From Callorhinchus milii (taxonomy: Eukaryota): DNA of 64,000 nucleotides. Shown one piece after another: positions 10,701 through 21,750 of this stretch (positions are counted from its first letter, which is position 1; every line of letters begins with the position of its first letter). The notes beneath the pieces are model-generated. The model ran no database searches. It had not been told where the DNA came from and saw nothing but the letters and a program-made list of their open reading frames with translations. The translations under genes and the position numbers were made by a program. The DNA lies in NCBI RefSeq assembly GCF_018977255.1, contig NW_024704765.1:7998001-8062000 (forward strand). Direction: 5' to 3'.

Positions 10701-12784
10701 TGCAAAATTAGCCGCACAATTTGGCCACCGCATTCACCTACAAAACACAGTCACTGCACGTTACAGTGAATCCTGCGAAGCGGTTTGGGACGTTCTCCTT
10801 GCCTCCAAGGCAGGAGAACGACATCAACACCTTGAATAGCTTTTTAATAAACAGGCAATTTGCCGTGAATCCCTGCCTGCCGTGAATTATTCAATTCTGG
10901 GTAGAGACACGAGCATTAATCATTCATAATGGAAAGCAACGTTCAAAAGGCACAAGGGATTAAAATGCATCAAAAGAAACTTTAGGCAGGTTCGACAACA
11001 CAGCGTAGGCCACAAGACTCAAAAACACCTCAACCCAATGATCAGTATTCCTCCCTTTCTAAACCTCTCTCCACTCCCCCCTCCTCCGCAGACGCAATGC
11101 ATTTCGGAGGGGGATACCGGGGGATGAGGGACTTGAAGTCCCTTAAATCATAAGACAGGCAGAACCTAAATTAACAATCATAATAAACCCAAATGTGAAA
11201 TAATGGCTAAACTTTAATTTAATTCAAAGCACTGTGATATAGGCAAAGCCAACACTTCTGGGACCAACAGTGAGATCAGAGGGCAACTTTGCTGATTTGT
11301 TTGAGGGGGGGGTGGGGGGGGAGGTTGGGGACATGTGAGAGAGAGGGAGAGGTGGGGCGTGAAAGAGACCGAACACTAGGATTTCTGAAAAACAAGGAAA
11401 GAATCCATAAAAAAATTGAAGAGGGTTTGAGGAAGGGGGTGGGGGGAGAAGAGAGGAGAGTGAAAGGGAAGAATAGAAGAGGGAAAGAGAGGGAGGAGGG
11501 ATAAAATGAGCAACTATTACCATGTAATTATGGTGCTCTCTGTCCACACAAACAACTAATGCACTGTTTATTATCTCTCTCACTCACACACTGAGATGCT
11601 CCATGGCTTTGGGCTGTTTGTTTAATAAGCACCATAGGTTCCGATGCTTTGAAAGGAAAATTATTTCGTTACGAACAAGGCCGGGCTTTCAGGTAGACGT
11701 CTTAAATTAAGTTTGTGGTCGCTGAGGGAAGGGAGATGGGCTGGGGGCGGGTGGGTGGGGTGGGGGAGAAAGAGTGAGAACCATTTTCATCCAAACAAAT
11801 TCAAATCACTTCTGCTAATGGGCTCAATGAAGGGGTTGTGGAACCAGTTATACTGAGCCCGAGGTCACTGCTCAAACGATGTGTAGCCCCCCCCCCGCCC
11901 CCCCTCTTTAAACCCCTGCACAAAAGGCGGTGGGTGGGGGGGCTTTTGATTTTAAAGCCTCGTCCGTGACCTTGATTTGTTTTGTATTTCAGTACCTGGC
12001 TTTGTGAATAGCGGCAGCACTGAAGTGGGAGTGGGACAGGCTTTTAGTGCTCTTAATTTGATCTTACATCAATGCAATACAGAGGCAGAAAGAGAGAGCG
12101 AGAGAGAGAGAGAGTGTGTGAGTTCATCAGGAAAGTCAACAGAGAAGTCTTCCGAAGGCTTCTCTGAGGAGAGAGAGCCTCAAAATTTTCCTTTCCTACA
12201 AGCTGCTCAAGAAGTCCCGTTCGCCCCAGTTTTTCTTTTGCTCTATAGTGCACCGACCAACGACTGAAACATACGGAATGGATTTGCTGTAGAAGCACTT
12301 GATTGCATTCAGCGCAAGTGTTCAATTGTACTTGGACGTCCAGGGGAAATCGGTGTGCATGAGTACGAGTCATTTTCACGGCAGATAATGACCCCTCGCC
12401 CTGTTCTGTGCCACACTGCTCGTAACATGGACGGCTGGAGAAGAGGAGATGAAAAGCATCTCCGTGCAGCTCGTTTCAGCAGCTCCGCAGCCTTGCATCG
12501 CTGCTCCCGCTAATTCGCCGGACCGCACGTTTTGCGAAGCGCTTCGAGACGTCTCGACGACGTGATGAAGCGCTGCATCAAATGCAAGGGATCGCTATTG
12601 TCGTGTGATGAACGACAACAAGGATATTTTTGTATCGCGCCTTTCTCACGTTAGGAGGACGTCCCAAGGCGCTGGGATGGGCAACGGGAGTTTGTTTCCT
12701 TGCCGGTTCTCTTCCCCTCCTCAAACCAATTCCCGCCTCAGGCCCAGCACAGGCGGCATCAGGCTGGCGACCGACCTACTGTAC

Positions 12785-12951
12785 CTTCTGTTTGCAAAGG
12801 ATGGCGTAGGTAAATGCTCGGCCGCAGAGCGCCTGCACGTGGTTAGGGCTGGTCTTCAGAATGGACCCGAAGTCAAAGATGGCCGTTTTCTTCTGGTTCA
12901 GATGCGAGTAGCATCGGGCTCTTGTCAGGAGAGCATCTGACGCAGTGCCTC
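12785..12951 (-). CDS. TTC34: TTC34 coding exon
   Basis: Acceptor ctctctccctctag|GA (phase 1), donor AAG|GTACAG (phase 0), 167 nt. Encodes GTASDALLTRARCYSHLNQKKTAIFDFGSILKTSPNHVQALCGRAFTYAILCKQK. Confidence 0.93.
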
Positions 12952-13049
12952 CTAGAGGGAGAGAGCGAGCGAGCGATTCATCGCCGGAGAAAATACCCCA
13001 CGCGAAGTTGGCACCCGCCCCGATCCCGAAAGAATTGAATAATAAGAAT

Positions 13050-13440
13050 AATCCTCGCATTTTTTTATAGCGCCTTATCACGCCATTGATTGAGATGTCT
13101 CAAAGCGCTTCGCAGAATATGCTGTAAAGTGGGTTGATTTTACGGGTGAAATCTTTCTTTTTTTAAAAACAAAATTTGCATTTTTACAGCCCCTTACGCC
13201 AAAACATCTCAAATCGCTCTACAGTACGTACTGTCAAGTGTAGGGACCATTTCTGCAGGTAAGCGGAGGAGCCATTTACCCAAGATCCCACAAATAGCCC
13301 CAAAGCAACAGACGCATTAATACGGGAGATTGGCAGCCAGGCTACTGGGAGAGAGGAACTCCCTTGTTTTTTCCCCAATAGCGCTGTGTGATCTTGAAGG
13401 TCCACTCAGAGACCCTGTCCAAAGAATGGTACCTCCGTCA
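13050..13440 (-). mobile_element. SINE fragments in a TTC34 intron
   Basis: Tail (AAT)n-CCTCGCATT...GCGCCTTATCACG...AAAGCGCTTCGCAG plus degenerate central domain. Confidence 0.65.
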
Positions 13441-13479
13441 CTGCAGCTCCTCCCACCCCCACACCACCTCAATTTGGAG

Positions 13480-13562
13480 CTGAGATAAAGATCAGCTATG
13501 ATCTAATAGAATGACGGAACGGGCTTGATGGTCTGAATAGCCGACTCCTGTTCCTATGTCCT
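13480..13562 (+). mobile_element. CR1 3' end
   Basis: GATCAGCTATGATCTAATAGAATGACGGAACGGGCTTGATGGTCTGAATAGCCGACTCCTGTTCCTATG. Confidence 0.7.
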
Positions 13563-14709
13563 ATCACTGCATTAGAGCGTCAGCCTACACTTGGGAGGTT
13601 TGAACCCACAACCTCCTGATCTGCAGGTGAGCATGCTACCAACAGAGCCAGGCTTCGAAGACGCGCTCAAACCTCTGGCAGATCTGGGAGCGCGGTGTTG
13701 TCTGCACGGCACAGCGGGGGTTAATTTAACGTGTTATCAGAAAGATTCATCTCAGAGAGAGAGAGAGAGAGAGAGAGACACAAATGTCCCATTAGCTTTC
13801 AGCCCCACTGAAATCAGTCAAGCCTCAAATCACCCGAGCTTGCAGCTAAAGGGCCGTTTCCATAATGTCCTCCTCACTTCGCTCGGCTCCCATTTGACTT
13901 GATTAATGCTCTCAATTCCAACGCCACATTCAGTTGACGGATGAGACTGTGCTCCGGTCAGGCCCGACCTGGAGATTTATTGCTCTAAAGTTGTGATAAG
14001 TAGAGCATTAAGCGATCGTTTATAACTTCTGTTCTTTCAGAAGGATATACGTGTTTATCCAACCCCCACCCCCCACCGCCTCCCCACTGCCTCCCTCTAC
14101 CAACCCTCTCTCTTCCCCCTTGAAACGCAGCCGCCCGTGCCTCAATGCGTACAGCACATCGGACAAACTTCTGGAAGCTCTTTAATGCACGATGGAGAGC
14201 GATGGTGACTGGAAGCATAGCCAGGATTTTAAAGAGGGAGGGAAGGGGCAAGGCAAAGGGAGATTTTGAGAGAGAGAGAGTTGGAGAGCATGAGCACAGA
14301 GATCGGAGAGAGTGAGGGACCTACAGTAAGTTGGAAGGGGCAAGGACTGAAGAATTGAAGCATAAGTGAGGAACCTCAAGGTTGGTTGAGATCCATCATG
14401 GGACCACACTGAGCAACAATGTGAGAGCATCAGCGTAGACAACGGATCCCAAGGCAATATTTCGAAAAAGGGACTTTCTCCCTGCGTCCGGGCTAACATT
14501 CCCCCCCAGAATTAAAAACAGTCAATTCACTTCCTGGCTGTTTGCGGGACGATGCTGCGCGCAATTGGGCTGCCGCGCTCGCCTACAGATCCACAGTCAC
14601 TCAAATTCCCAGGAGAATCCCGTGAAGCGCTCAGAGACATCGCGATGACATGACGAGCAAAGGATTATTATTTTAGGAGACGGACTGTAGTTGAGTGACA
14701 GACCCTCAC

Positions 14710-14902
14710 CCGAAGAGATGATGGCAAGAGAGAGATATGCCACAGCTTCCTTGACGTAAGTGTCCCCTTCCTTGTTCTGCAGGATCGACATCGCGTTGGA
14801 GTGGCAATGTCTCTCCATCAATGCCCGGTCGTCCGCCTTGAAGATGTCCATGATGGGCAGCAGACAGGAGGTGTCCCCGATCTGAATCACTTTCTTGATC
14901 AG
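14710..14902 (-). CDS. TTC34: TTC34 coding exon
   Basis: Acceptor ctgctttgcctttcag|CTG (phase 0), donor G|GTGAGG (phase 1), 193 nt. Encodes LIKKVIQIGDTSCLLPIMDIF...HCHSNAMSILQ...KEAVAYLSLAIISS. Confidence 0.92.
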
Positions 14903-15329
14903 CTGAAAGGCAAAGCAGAACCAATTGTTTTGCCCTCTTCCTTCGCTCCAATTCTCTCCCCTCTTCTAGTGGGGTATTGGGAGGTAAATCCTCGTGTATT
15001 AATGGAGCTAAACATTCCGAGCACAAACGAGTTCTGAACCCATTTGCCGTTTGCCTACAAATACACAGCCACTGCATTTCACAGTAAGTCCTGTGAAGCG
15101 CTTTGAGATGTCCTTCTAATATGATAAGATACTATATGAGATGCAAGGATTATTATTATTATTAATATTTGGTAGTGTTTTTGACACGTGCACTGGGCAT
15201 TTTCCGCCAATCAGAGCACCAATAGACACAACCCTACAATTTACACACTCCACACCTTTCAAGTAGGGGCAATGTCTTGGAGCAATTTACAGAGTGCGGA
15301 TGGGAGCCCAGGCGTGTGTCTGGGGGAGG

Positions 15330-15760
15330 GTTGTGTGCGCGGAAGCAAAAAGGTGCGGCCAACGAGAACTTCAAACGGGATTTGAAAGCATAGAGGGAAG
15401 GGGCGAGGCGGAGGGATTTTGAGTGGGTTCCAATGGGGGTGTGGTTGGGGGGTAGGGGGGCAAAGTTGTTGAAAGTGTTGAAGGCAATGGTCAAGGGGGG
15501 GGAGGGAAGGAGAGCGAGCGGTGGCATGAAGCAGGCTGGGCTTCAATGAAACAGGAGTGGGCATGAGAGTAGGGTTGCAAGTGCCACGTCCAGTGTGGGC
15601 AATGTCCAGGCAAACCTGCTGTGCAGTCACTGTGGCGGTGCCTGTTTTAAGTTGCAGGTTACAGCGCCCCCCCGCGGCAGCAATTGAGTGCAACACTATC
15701 CTGGGGTGGGGGGGGGATACGTGGTTAGAGCGCCTTCTGGTGGCTACACCTGAGTGCAAC
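15330..15760 (-). mobile_element. Degenerate L2 ORF2 C-terminal remnant
   Basis: Translates to ...KSLRLAPSLYAFKSRLKF and RRRSNHVSPP, resembling the L2 ORF2 end (H.SP.L...WN.LP..LR...S...FK..LK). Confidence 0.6.
15727..15745 (-). promoter_or_regulatory. CTCF-like motif in a TTC34 intron
   Basis: Minus strand GCCACCAGAAGGCGCTCT, one mismatch to the core. A weaker CCGCGGGGGGGCGCTG lies at ~15663-15678. Confidence 0.35.
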
Positions 15761-15947
15761 TGGTCCGGGGATGGATGAGGAATCTGTGGTCATAGCTCCC
15801 TCTCGTGGTAACGGAAGTTGGATCAGGTCACAACAGCAGGGAGATTGCCCCCCCCCACCCCATCAACCCTTTTGTCCGGTCACATCACACAAGGCCTTTG
15901 ACTCCTCTTTCCAGTTGACGCTGAGCCCAGTTATTGGGACACGGTAC

Positions 15948-16173
15948 CTGGTTAGCGTCGTACAGGAAGCCTTTCTTTAGCTGAAGCAGGGCAAGCCGGG
16001 CCAGCACCGACGGTCGCTGCCCTGTGCTGTTCAGAGAGACCAGCAGGAGTTTGTGAGCCTCCTCCACGCGGTCCAGCTGGTACAGAGCGTCCGCCGACAA
16101 GATTCGGGACTCGACGTCCGAAGGGTCCAACTCCAGCAGCATCGAGGCCAAGCTATGAACCCCCAGCACATCT
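15948..16173 (-). CDS. TTC34: TTC34 coding exon
   Basis: Acceptor ctttgcctcgctccag|A (phase 2), donor CAG|GTACCG (phase 0), 226 nt. Encodes DVLGVHSLASMLLELDPSDVESRILSADALYQLDRVEEAHK...VLARLALLQLKKGFLYDANQ. Confidence 0.92.
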
Positions 16174-16309
16174 CTGGAGCGAGGCAAAGAGCCACGGTTT
16201 AGTCCTGGTTTCAATGGCCGCCCGTCAGCCGCCTCCCGAGAACCACAAACCCCGCAGTGTCACAGACCAGAATAAGGCCATTTCGCCCACAAAATATCCA
16301 GTCGATTCC

Positions 16310-16545
16310 CTCTCTTCCGCCGCCCTTTGGCACTCCATCCCACAGTCCCTTCGTCTCGCTACCTCCCTCGCCTCCTTCAAGGCCCGCCTCGAGACCCTCC
16401 TCTTCTATCTCGCCTTCGGCCACCCTCCTGCCCTTACCTTCCCAGCCCTCCACCCCTCCTGATCCCAATCCCCAGCTCGGAACCAAATCCCTGACTGTCC
16501 AGAGCCTTGGGACATTCTCCCACCGTGAAAGACGCAATCTGTTGT
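16310..16545 (+). mobile_element. 5'-truncated L2 3' end in a short TTC34 intron
   Basis: LWHSIPQSLRLATSLASFKARLETLLF* followed by the GTCCAGAGCCTTGGGACATT...GTGAAAGACGC tail. Confidence 0.8.
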
Positions 16546-16566
16546 CGTTTGACTGTACAAACTTAC

Positions 16567-18042
16567 CCCTCTTTGAAGAAGGCGTTTTGGAACCCTCGCT
16601 CGGCTCCCTGCTCCCCCCTGGCCGTGGGGCTGGCCAGCGGCTGGGAGGCTTTCCCCCGAAGGATCTTCTGCCCTTCCTCTTGGAGCACCTTGAAGAGCAA
16701 ACCTCGGAGGTTCCAGGGCACATAGGACTTGGTCACGAGGGCCGTCTCATCCAGCCGGAGCCGGCAGGCCGTGATGTAGTCCAGCGCGGCGAGATAGTTG
16801 CTGCCGGCCACCATTCGTGTCAGGCCCCGGCCACACAGTGCCTTGACACAGCTGCCGGGGTGGGGAGAGTCGTGTTCCAGCACCGCCTGGAAGTCCTCCA
16901 GGGCCTCGGAGGTCTGGAGGGCCCGCAGGTGGCAGAATCCGCGGAGCGCCAGGATGGTATTGTGGTAGGTTTGCCGGTCGGAGTCCAGGAGTCGCTCGCA
17001 GGCCCGCAGGGATCCGGCGGTGTCACCGGACAGGAGGGCACAGTCGGCCAGTCGGATCTGCAGGTCCCGGTTGTTGTCCGGCTCCAGGCGGAGTACGAGT
17101 CTCAGCACCGGGAGGACCTGTGCCAGGAGCTCGGCCCCGCCCTCGCACCGCAGCTCCACCCTGCACCTCACCGTCTCCCGGTACTCGGAAAAACGCGACT
17201 CTGCGAAACGCTTGGCGTGATCCAAGATGGCGGTCGCGTCCTGGGGCGGGAAGAGCTCCCGAAAGCGCCGCTCGGCCAACCCCGGGGAGACCTCGAAGGC
17301 TGAGGCCAGATCCAACACGGCGTCGCTCTCCCCAGCGCCCGCCGCGTAACGCAAGGCCGCTCGCTCCACCAGGATCTGGGCCGGGGTCCCGGAATTCGAG
17401 GTCTCGGCTTTGCCGGGGTCGGGGCGGGGATGGGGGTCGGGGTGAGGGTGGGGCAGTGCCCTGGGGGCTACTTCCTGCAGGAAGTGTTGGCAGTCGCTCA
17501 GCAGGTGGCTGGGGGTGTCCTGATCTCGGTGATGGTGCGAGACGTAGTCGCAGAAAGCCTCCACGATGCGGGGCAAGTGGTCCCTCTGCCTGGTGGTGAT
17601 GAAGTCCAGGGTCTCCTCTCGCCGATTGGCAAAGGCCTGGAGGTAGTCCACCACCCCGTTCCTGCCGTGTCGCCCGGACAGTACCCAGGCCAACGCCCGG
17701 GTCAGCAGGAGCTGGAGCTGGAGCGAGCGTTCGGGGTGAGCGTTCAGTAGGGCGTTACAGCGTCCGATAGCTTCCTCGTGCCTGCCGCCTCGCACTAGGG
17801 CATCCACCGCCAGCGTCGAGCTCAGGGGCTCATCGGAGAGGAAGACCGCTGCCACCCCTATGTTCACCGGTGGCCCCTGCGAAGCCATCTGGTCCTCGCT
17901 CAGCCCGGACCCCGGCTGGACATTGCCGGGGGAGATTCCAGGGTGACCTCGGGGCCCGACATCCGTCGCCGAGCCCGCCCGCTCGGTTAGTCCTTCCTTC
18001 CACATCCCGGACGCCCCTTCGCCAAGCCTCGGAAATGGAAAT
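16567..18042 (-). CDS. TTC34: TTC34 large 5' coding exon (TPR repeats)
   Basis: Within ORF 16563..18170. Acceptor ...ttatttgcctgtgggtag|ATTT at 18043/18042 with upstream CTAAT and pyrimidine tract; donor GG|GTAAGT at 16567/16566 (phase 2). Peptides GRHEEAIGRCNALL, LTRALAWVLSG, ALRGFCHL, KALCGRGL, DYITACRLR and YVPWNLRGLL match TTC34 as recalled. First in-exon ATG is at 18005; the true start codon is unresolved. Confidence 0.88.
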
Positions 18043-20344
18043 CTACCCACAGGCAAATAAGTCGACGCGGAAGCAGGAAATGGAGAGGCAAACGAGAAGA
18101 TTAGATCTTTATAAATAGTCAGCGTCGTCCTTCGCCTGACGATGGGACAGGAAGAGACTCGCGCCTTCAAACCGCGAGGAAAAACGGCCCACAGGCTCGG
18201 ACGGGGTGGAATTTCAGCCTCCTCGGCCCCGCAGGGTCAAAGACCCGAGCCTCATCCATCGATGGGCCGGACAGGTGTCGCTAGCCATATCTACGGAGTG
18301 AAACCAAAATGAGTTAACATCAACTCGTTTACCTCTCTCCACAGACGCTGCCCGAGCTGCTGTGTACCTGTTCCCAGCGACTTCTGCTTTTATCGGAGAC
18401 TTCCAGCACCTGCAGGATTTCGCCTTTTGTCACTATCGAGCCTGGAGCAGATTTAATTGTCTGCTGCTCTCGAGATCAGTTTCACCCCAGAAAGAGATCT
18501 CCTCCCACAGAGGATCTCCCTCCCTCCCTCCCTCCACAGCAAAAAAACAAAACAAACCCCAGACCTGGAAGGATGAAGGGACCTGGTTGGATTTGAACCC
18601 AGAACCTTCAGCGTCCAGTGCTCACCTCACCTGACCGAGCCACCCCAGAATGTCATGACAACGCAAAAACAGAGACGAACAGTGGTGGGGTGACACCAAA
18701 GGGAACCGGGCGCTGCCCTGTAACTCGGCTCCTGAGCTGAGTGAAGAGGAGATAGAGTGAATAGAGGAGACTGTCGAGAAATGAATCGAACGCGCTGATG
18801 AAATATTCACGACATCTCCCTCGAGGCAGTGAACGCATCGGGCTGGGTGTCTGGCACCCGCAACCCGTCCAGGTGATGAATGCATCCCGGCTGTGTGAGG
18901 TACACACGTGTGCGTGCGTGCGGCGCGCGTGCATGTGTGCGTGTATGTATGTGCGCGCGTTTGTCACGGCTGTGCCTGTATTTGAGTGTGTGTGTGTGTG
19001 TGTGTGGTATAAAGCTGCATTGCCCTATATGAATGTATGCAAGCATGCGTTGGTAAACATGTGCACACACGTGTATGCGTGATTCTCGTTTGCCGACAAA
19101 TACACAGTCACTCCATGTTGACAGTAAATTCTGTAAAGCGCTTTGAGAGGTCCTTCCAATGAGATAAGGCACTGTACCAAATGCAAGGATTATTATTACG
19201 TGTGTGTGTGTGTGTCATACACCCACACAGATACACATGTGCTTCATGTGACATTTCACGCCACTTGGCAAATTGAATATCCATAAAATTGAGAAGAAAA
19301 TGGATCCCTGTGAGGTTCCCTCCCTCTCTTTCCCACAGAGGCAGTCTGTCTCTGGTTAAACAGATGGGAGGGAGCCTGTTCCTCATTTCAGAACCTCAGA
19401 TCAACAGCTTTTCCCAGAGATTAACCTGGAAACTAATCGAAACTGACAAACTGTATGTCCTTATTGCGGTATTTCTTAATAAGAAATCTGAGTTGCATCA
19501 TTATTACATGATACACGTGTGTGTGTGTGTCAAACAAGCACACACATATAATAATAAACCTTGCATTTGGTATATCACATCGAAAGGACGTCTGAAAGCG
19601 CTTCACAGGATTTACTGTTGAATGAAGTTACTGTATTATATCCTACATCCCAAGATATGAGTGGCTCCAGCCCCCCCTCCCCCCCCCACACACACACAAA
19701 CAAACCACACAATACCAGGCACAGATGGCATTACATTATTAATACATTAAAGTGGGTCGCTGGGCGACATTAATCCTTTTTTTTTCAAAAAAAAACTTCC
19801 ACACAGAAATTCCCCCAAATCTTCCAACAGTAAAAGCCAATTTTCCAAATCACCCTCATCCGAACTCAGTTGATAGGACACTAAATTTAACCCTCACCCC
19901 CTCCCTGTCCCGCTGACTCCCAAACTCAAATATTGGGTAGTAACACATAAATAAAATAAAATAAATACCTTAGAAACTTAACAGAAACTTACAATTGTCA
20001 GAGCACTCGGACGCCTTCACTCTCCCGAGTCGCTTCCCCGAGACTCTCACAAGACGTGTCCTGTTTAAGATTATCTTTTTGAGCCCGGGGCCAAATTCCA
20101 GTTCAAGCTCTCTTGTCCCCCTTATTCGTAATAAAGATGCAACCACCGCCCACCCCACCGAATGAAAGCAATCAGCAGCGGGAGGAAGCGGCTCGCTACC
20201 TGTTCCATGTTTGTGAAAGCAAATCCCCTCCTCCCTCTCGAAAACAACACCGAAGCACCCGCCTTGTTGCTGTATTTAACTTCTTATTTATCTTAAATCC
20301 CGAGTTCTGATCCCATGATGAGGAAGCTGTTGTAGGGAGGTTGC

Positions 20345-20638
20345 CCACTTCACACTCACTCACTCACCCACTCACCCACTCATTCACACACTCACTCACC
20401 CACCCACTCATTCACTCTCACACATTCATACACTCACTCACACACTCACACTCGTTCACACACATTCATTCACTCACTCACACCCTCTCTCACACACACA
20501 CACTGGCAGGTTCACTCACACTCATTCTTTCACTCACTCACACTCGTTCACACACATTCACTCACACTCTTTCTCTCTCACACACACACGTTCACACTCA
20601 TTCTTTCACTCATTCACACACTGACTCACTCACTCACC
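20345..20638. repeat. Degenerate (CACT/CATT)n low-complexity array
   Basis: About 290 bp of CACT/CACA/CATT tetramers. Its edge supplies the GTGAGT donor at 20637. Confidence 0.9.
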
Positions 20639-20661
20639 TGTAGCAGCTCTCACCTCCTTAC

Positions 20662-20720
20662 CTGGTGGCCACTTGGATACAATCAGCTGATTCTGGTCAA
20701 TTCCAACACCATGTGTTTCC
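20662..20720 (-). other. Orphan exon-like segment with two alternative donors
   Basis: Acceptor ...gctatagcaacag|GGA. Donors CAG|GTAAGG (exon end 20662) and CAG|GTGAGT (exon end 20638), 24 nt apart. Confidence 0.45.
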
Positions 20721-20980
20721 CTGTTGCTATAGCTCCACAGAAACACAAGTGGCTTCTCGTTCACCCCATCCATCTCTTTTCTTGTGAACCAAACTCCTTT
20801 TGTTGTGTGTGTGTGTGTGTGTGTGAAAATGAGAGAGAGAGAGACAGTCAGTCAGTGAGGAGGATTTAGTCTCGTTGGGTGATTTAAAGAAGTTGAAGAT
20901 GAATATTTTGTAAAACAAAATCCAGGGACACACACACACACACACACATAGATAGATATATAATAAAAAAATGAACTCAC

Positions 20981-21070
20981 CATAATTCTTGATGCTGGCC
21001 GTTCCTTGGAGAATTCAAAGCCACTGCTATCACTCGCTCTGCTTGCTAATGCAATAAATTCAATTGAATA
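20981..21070 (-). other. Orphan 90-nt exon-like segment
   Basis: Acceptor ctgcggctttctttcag|TAT and donor ATG|GTGAGT are both near consensus. Only phase 0 is open (YSIEFIALASRASDSSGFEFSKERPASRIM). Confidence 0.55.
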
Positions 21071-21569
21071 CTGAAAGAAAGCCGCAGACACACACACACA
21101 CACAGACAGAATAGCAAGGACGGCTGAAAATCACCCCTTCTCCCAGGCTGTCATTTACTGTCAATTAAAACTGTCCGGTCGTGTCAACCAAATGACGTCA
21201 CCCCCTTTCATCTGGAGCTTGAAAAGCCAAGATCCATTTAAGCGGAGTTTGGATTTGAATATTAAAACCCTCATTTAAACAACCACCCTCACGCTCAATG
21301 CCAACTGAAAGCCACAAACTTGTTGGCGAGATTAAAATGCTTCAATAAATTCTCCCCCAAATATGCACAGAAACACCACTTCACCGCAGATCCCGTGAAG
21401 CACTTTGAGATGTCTCGATGAGGTGATAAGGCGCTACATCAAGTGCATTACGGGTACATTATTAATAATGCATTATCATTATTATAATACAAACAGTCCT
21501 TGAGCTTTGTTTGTTTTGGCGCCCCTTTCAATTCTATTCCAAACGTTTTGTATTGAAACGTCATTCATT

Positions 21570-21575
21570 TTTAAT
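21570..21575 (-). terminator. Candidate polyadenylation signal (ATTAAA) for the B7-like gene
   Basis: Plus-strand tttaat, about 175 nt downstream of the stop. Motif match only. Confidence 0.3.
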
Positions 21576-21750
21576 GCAAAAAAAAACCTCACTGAAATAT
21601 GATACAAAAACAGTGCTCTCATTCGCACAAGGGGGAGAAAGAATATTTTTCCCGTTATTGTTTCTGAACAACCGGGAAAAAAGCAAACTGTACAGTGTTC
21701 CAAATAGATATTTCACACGGATGAATAACCGAGGGCCTGAGACCCACCAT

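Noticed and set aside
16257-17303. 348-aa plus-strand ORF (also 17120..17599 and others)
   Set aside because: Antisense shadow of the GC-rich TTC34 exon joined to an L2 fragment; no independent domain signature.
18653-18967. Minus-strand ORF ..TWTGCGCQ..CREYFISAFDSFL.. resembling a GPI-type C-terminus
   Set aside because: Starts in a CA/GC microsatellite, no family recognised, and no compatible upstream coding exon; an alternative frame fits the splice chain better.
20341-20643. His/Thr/Ser-rich 100-aa ORF
   Set aside because: Translation of the CACT/CATT repeat.
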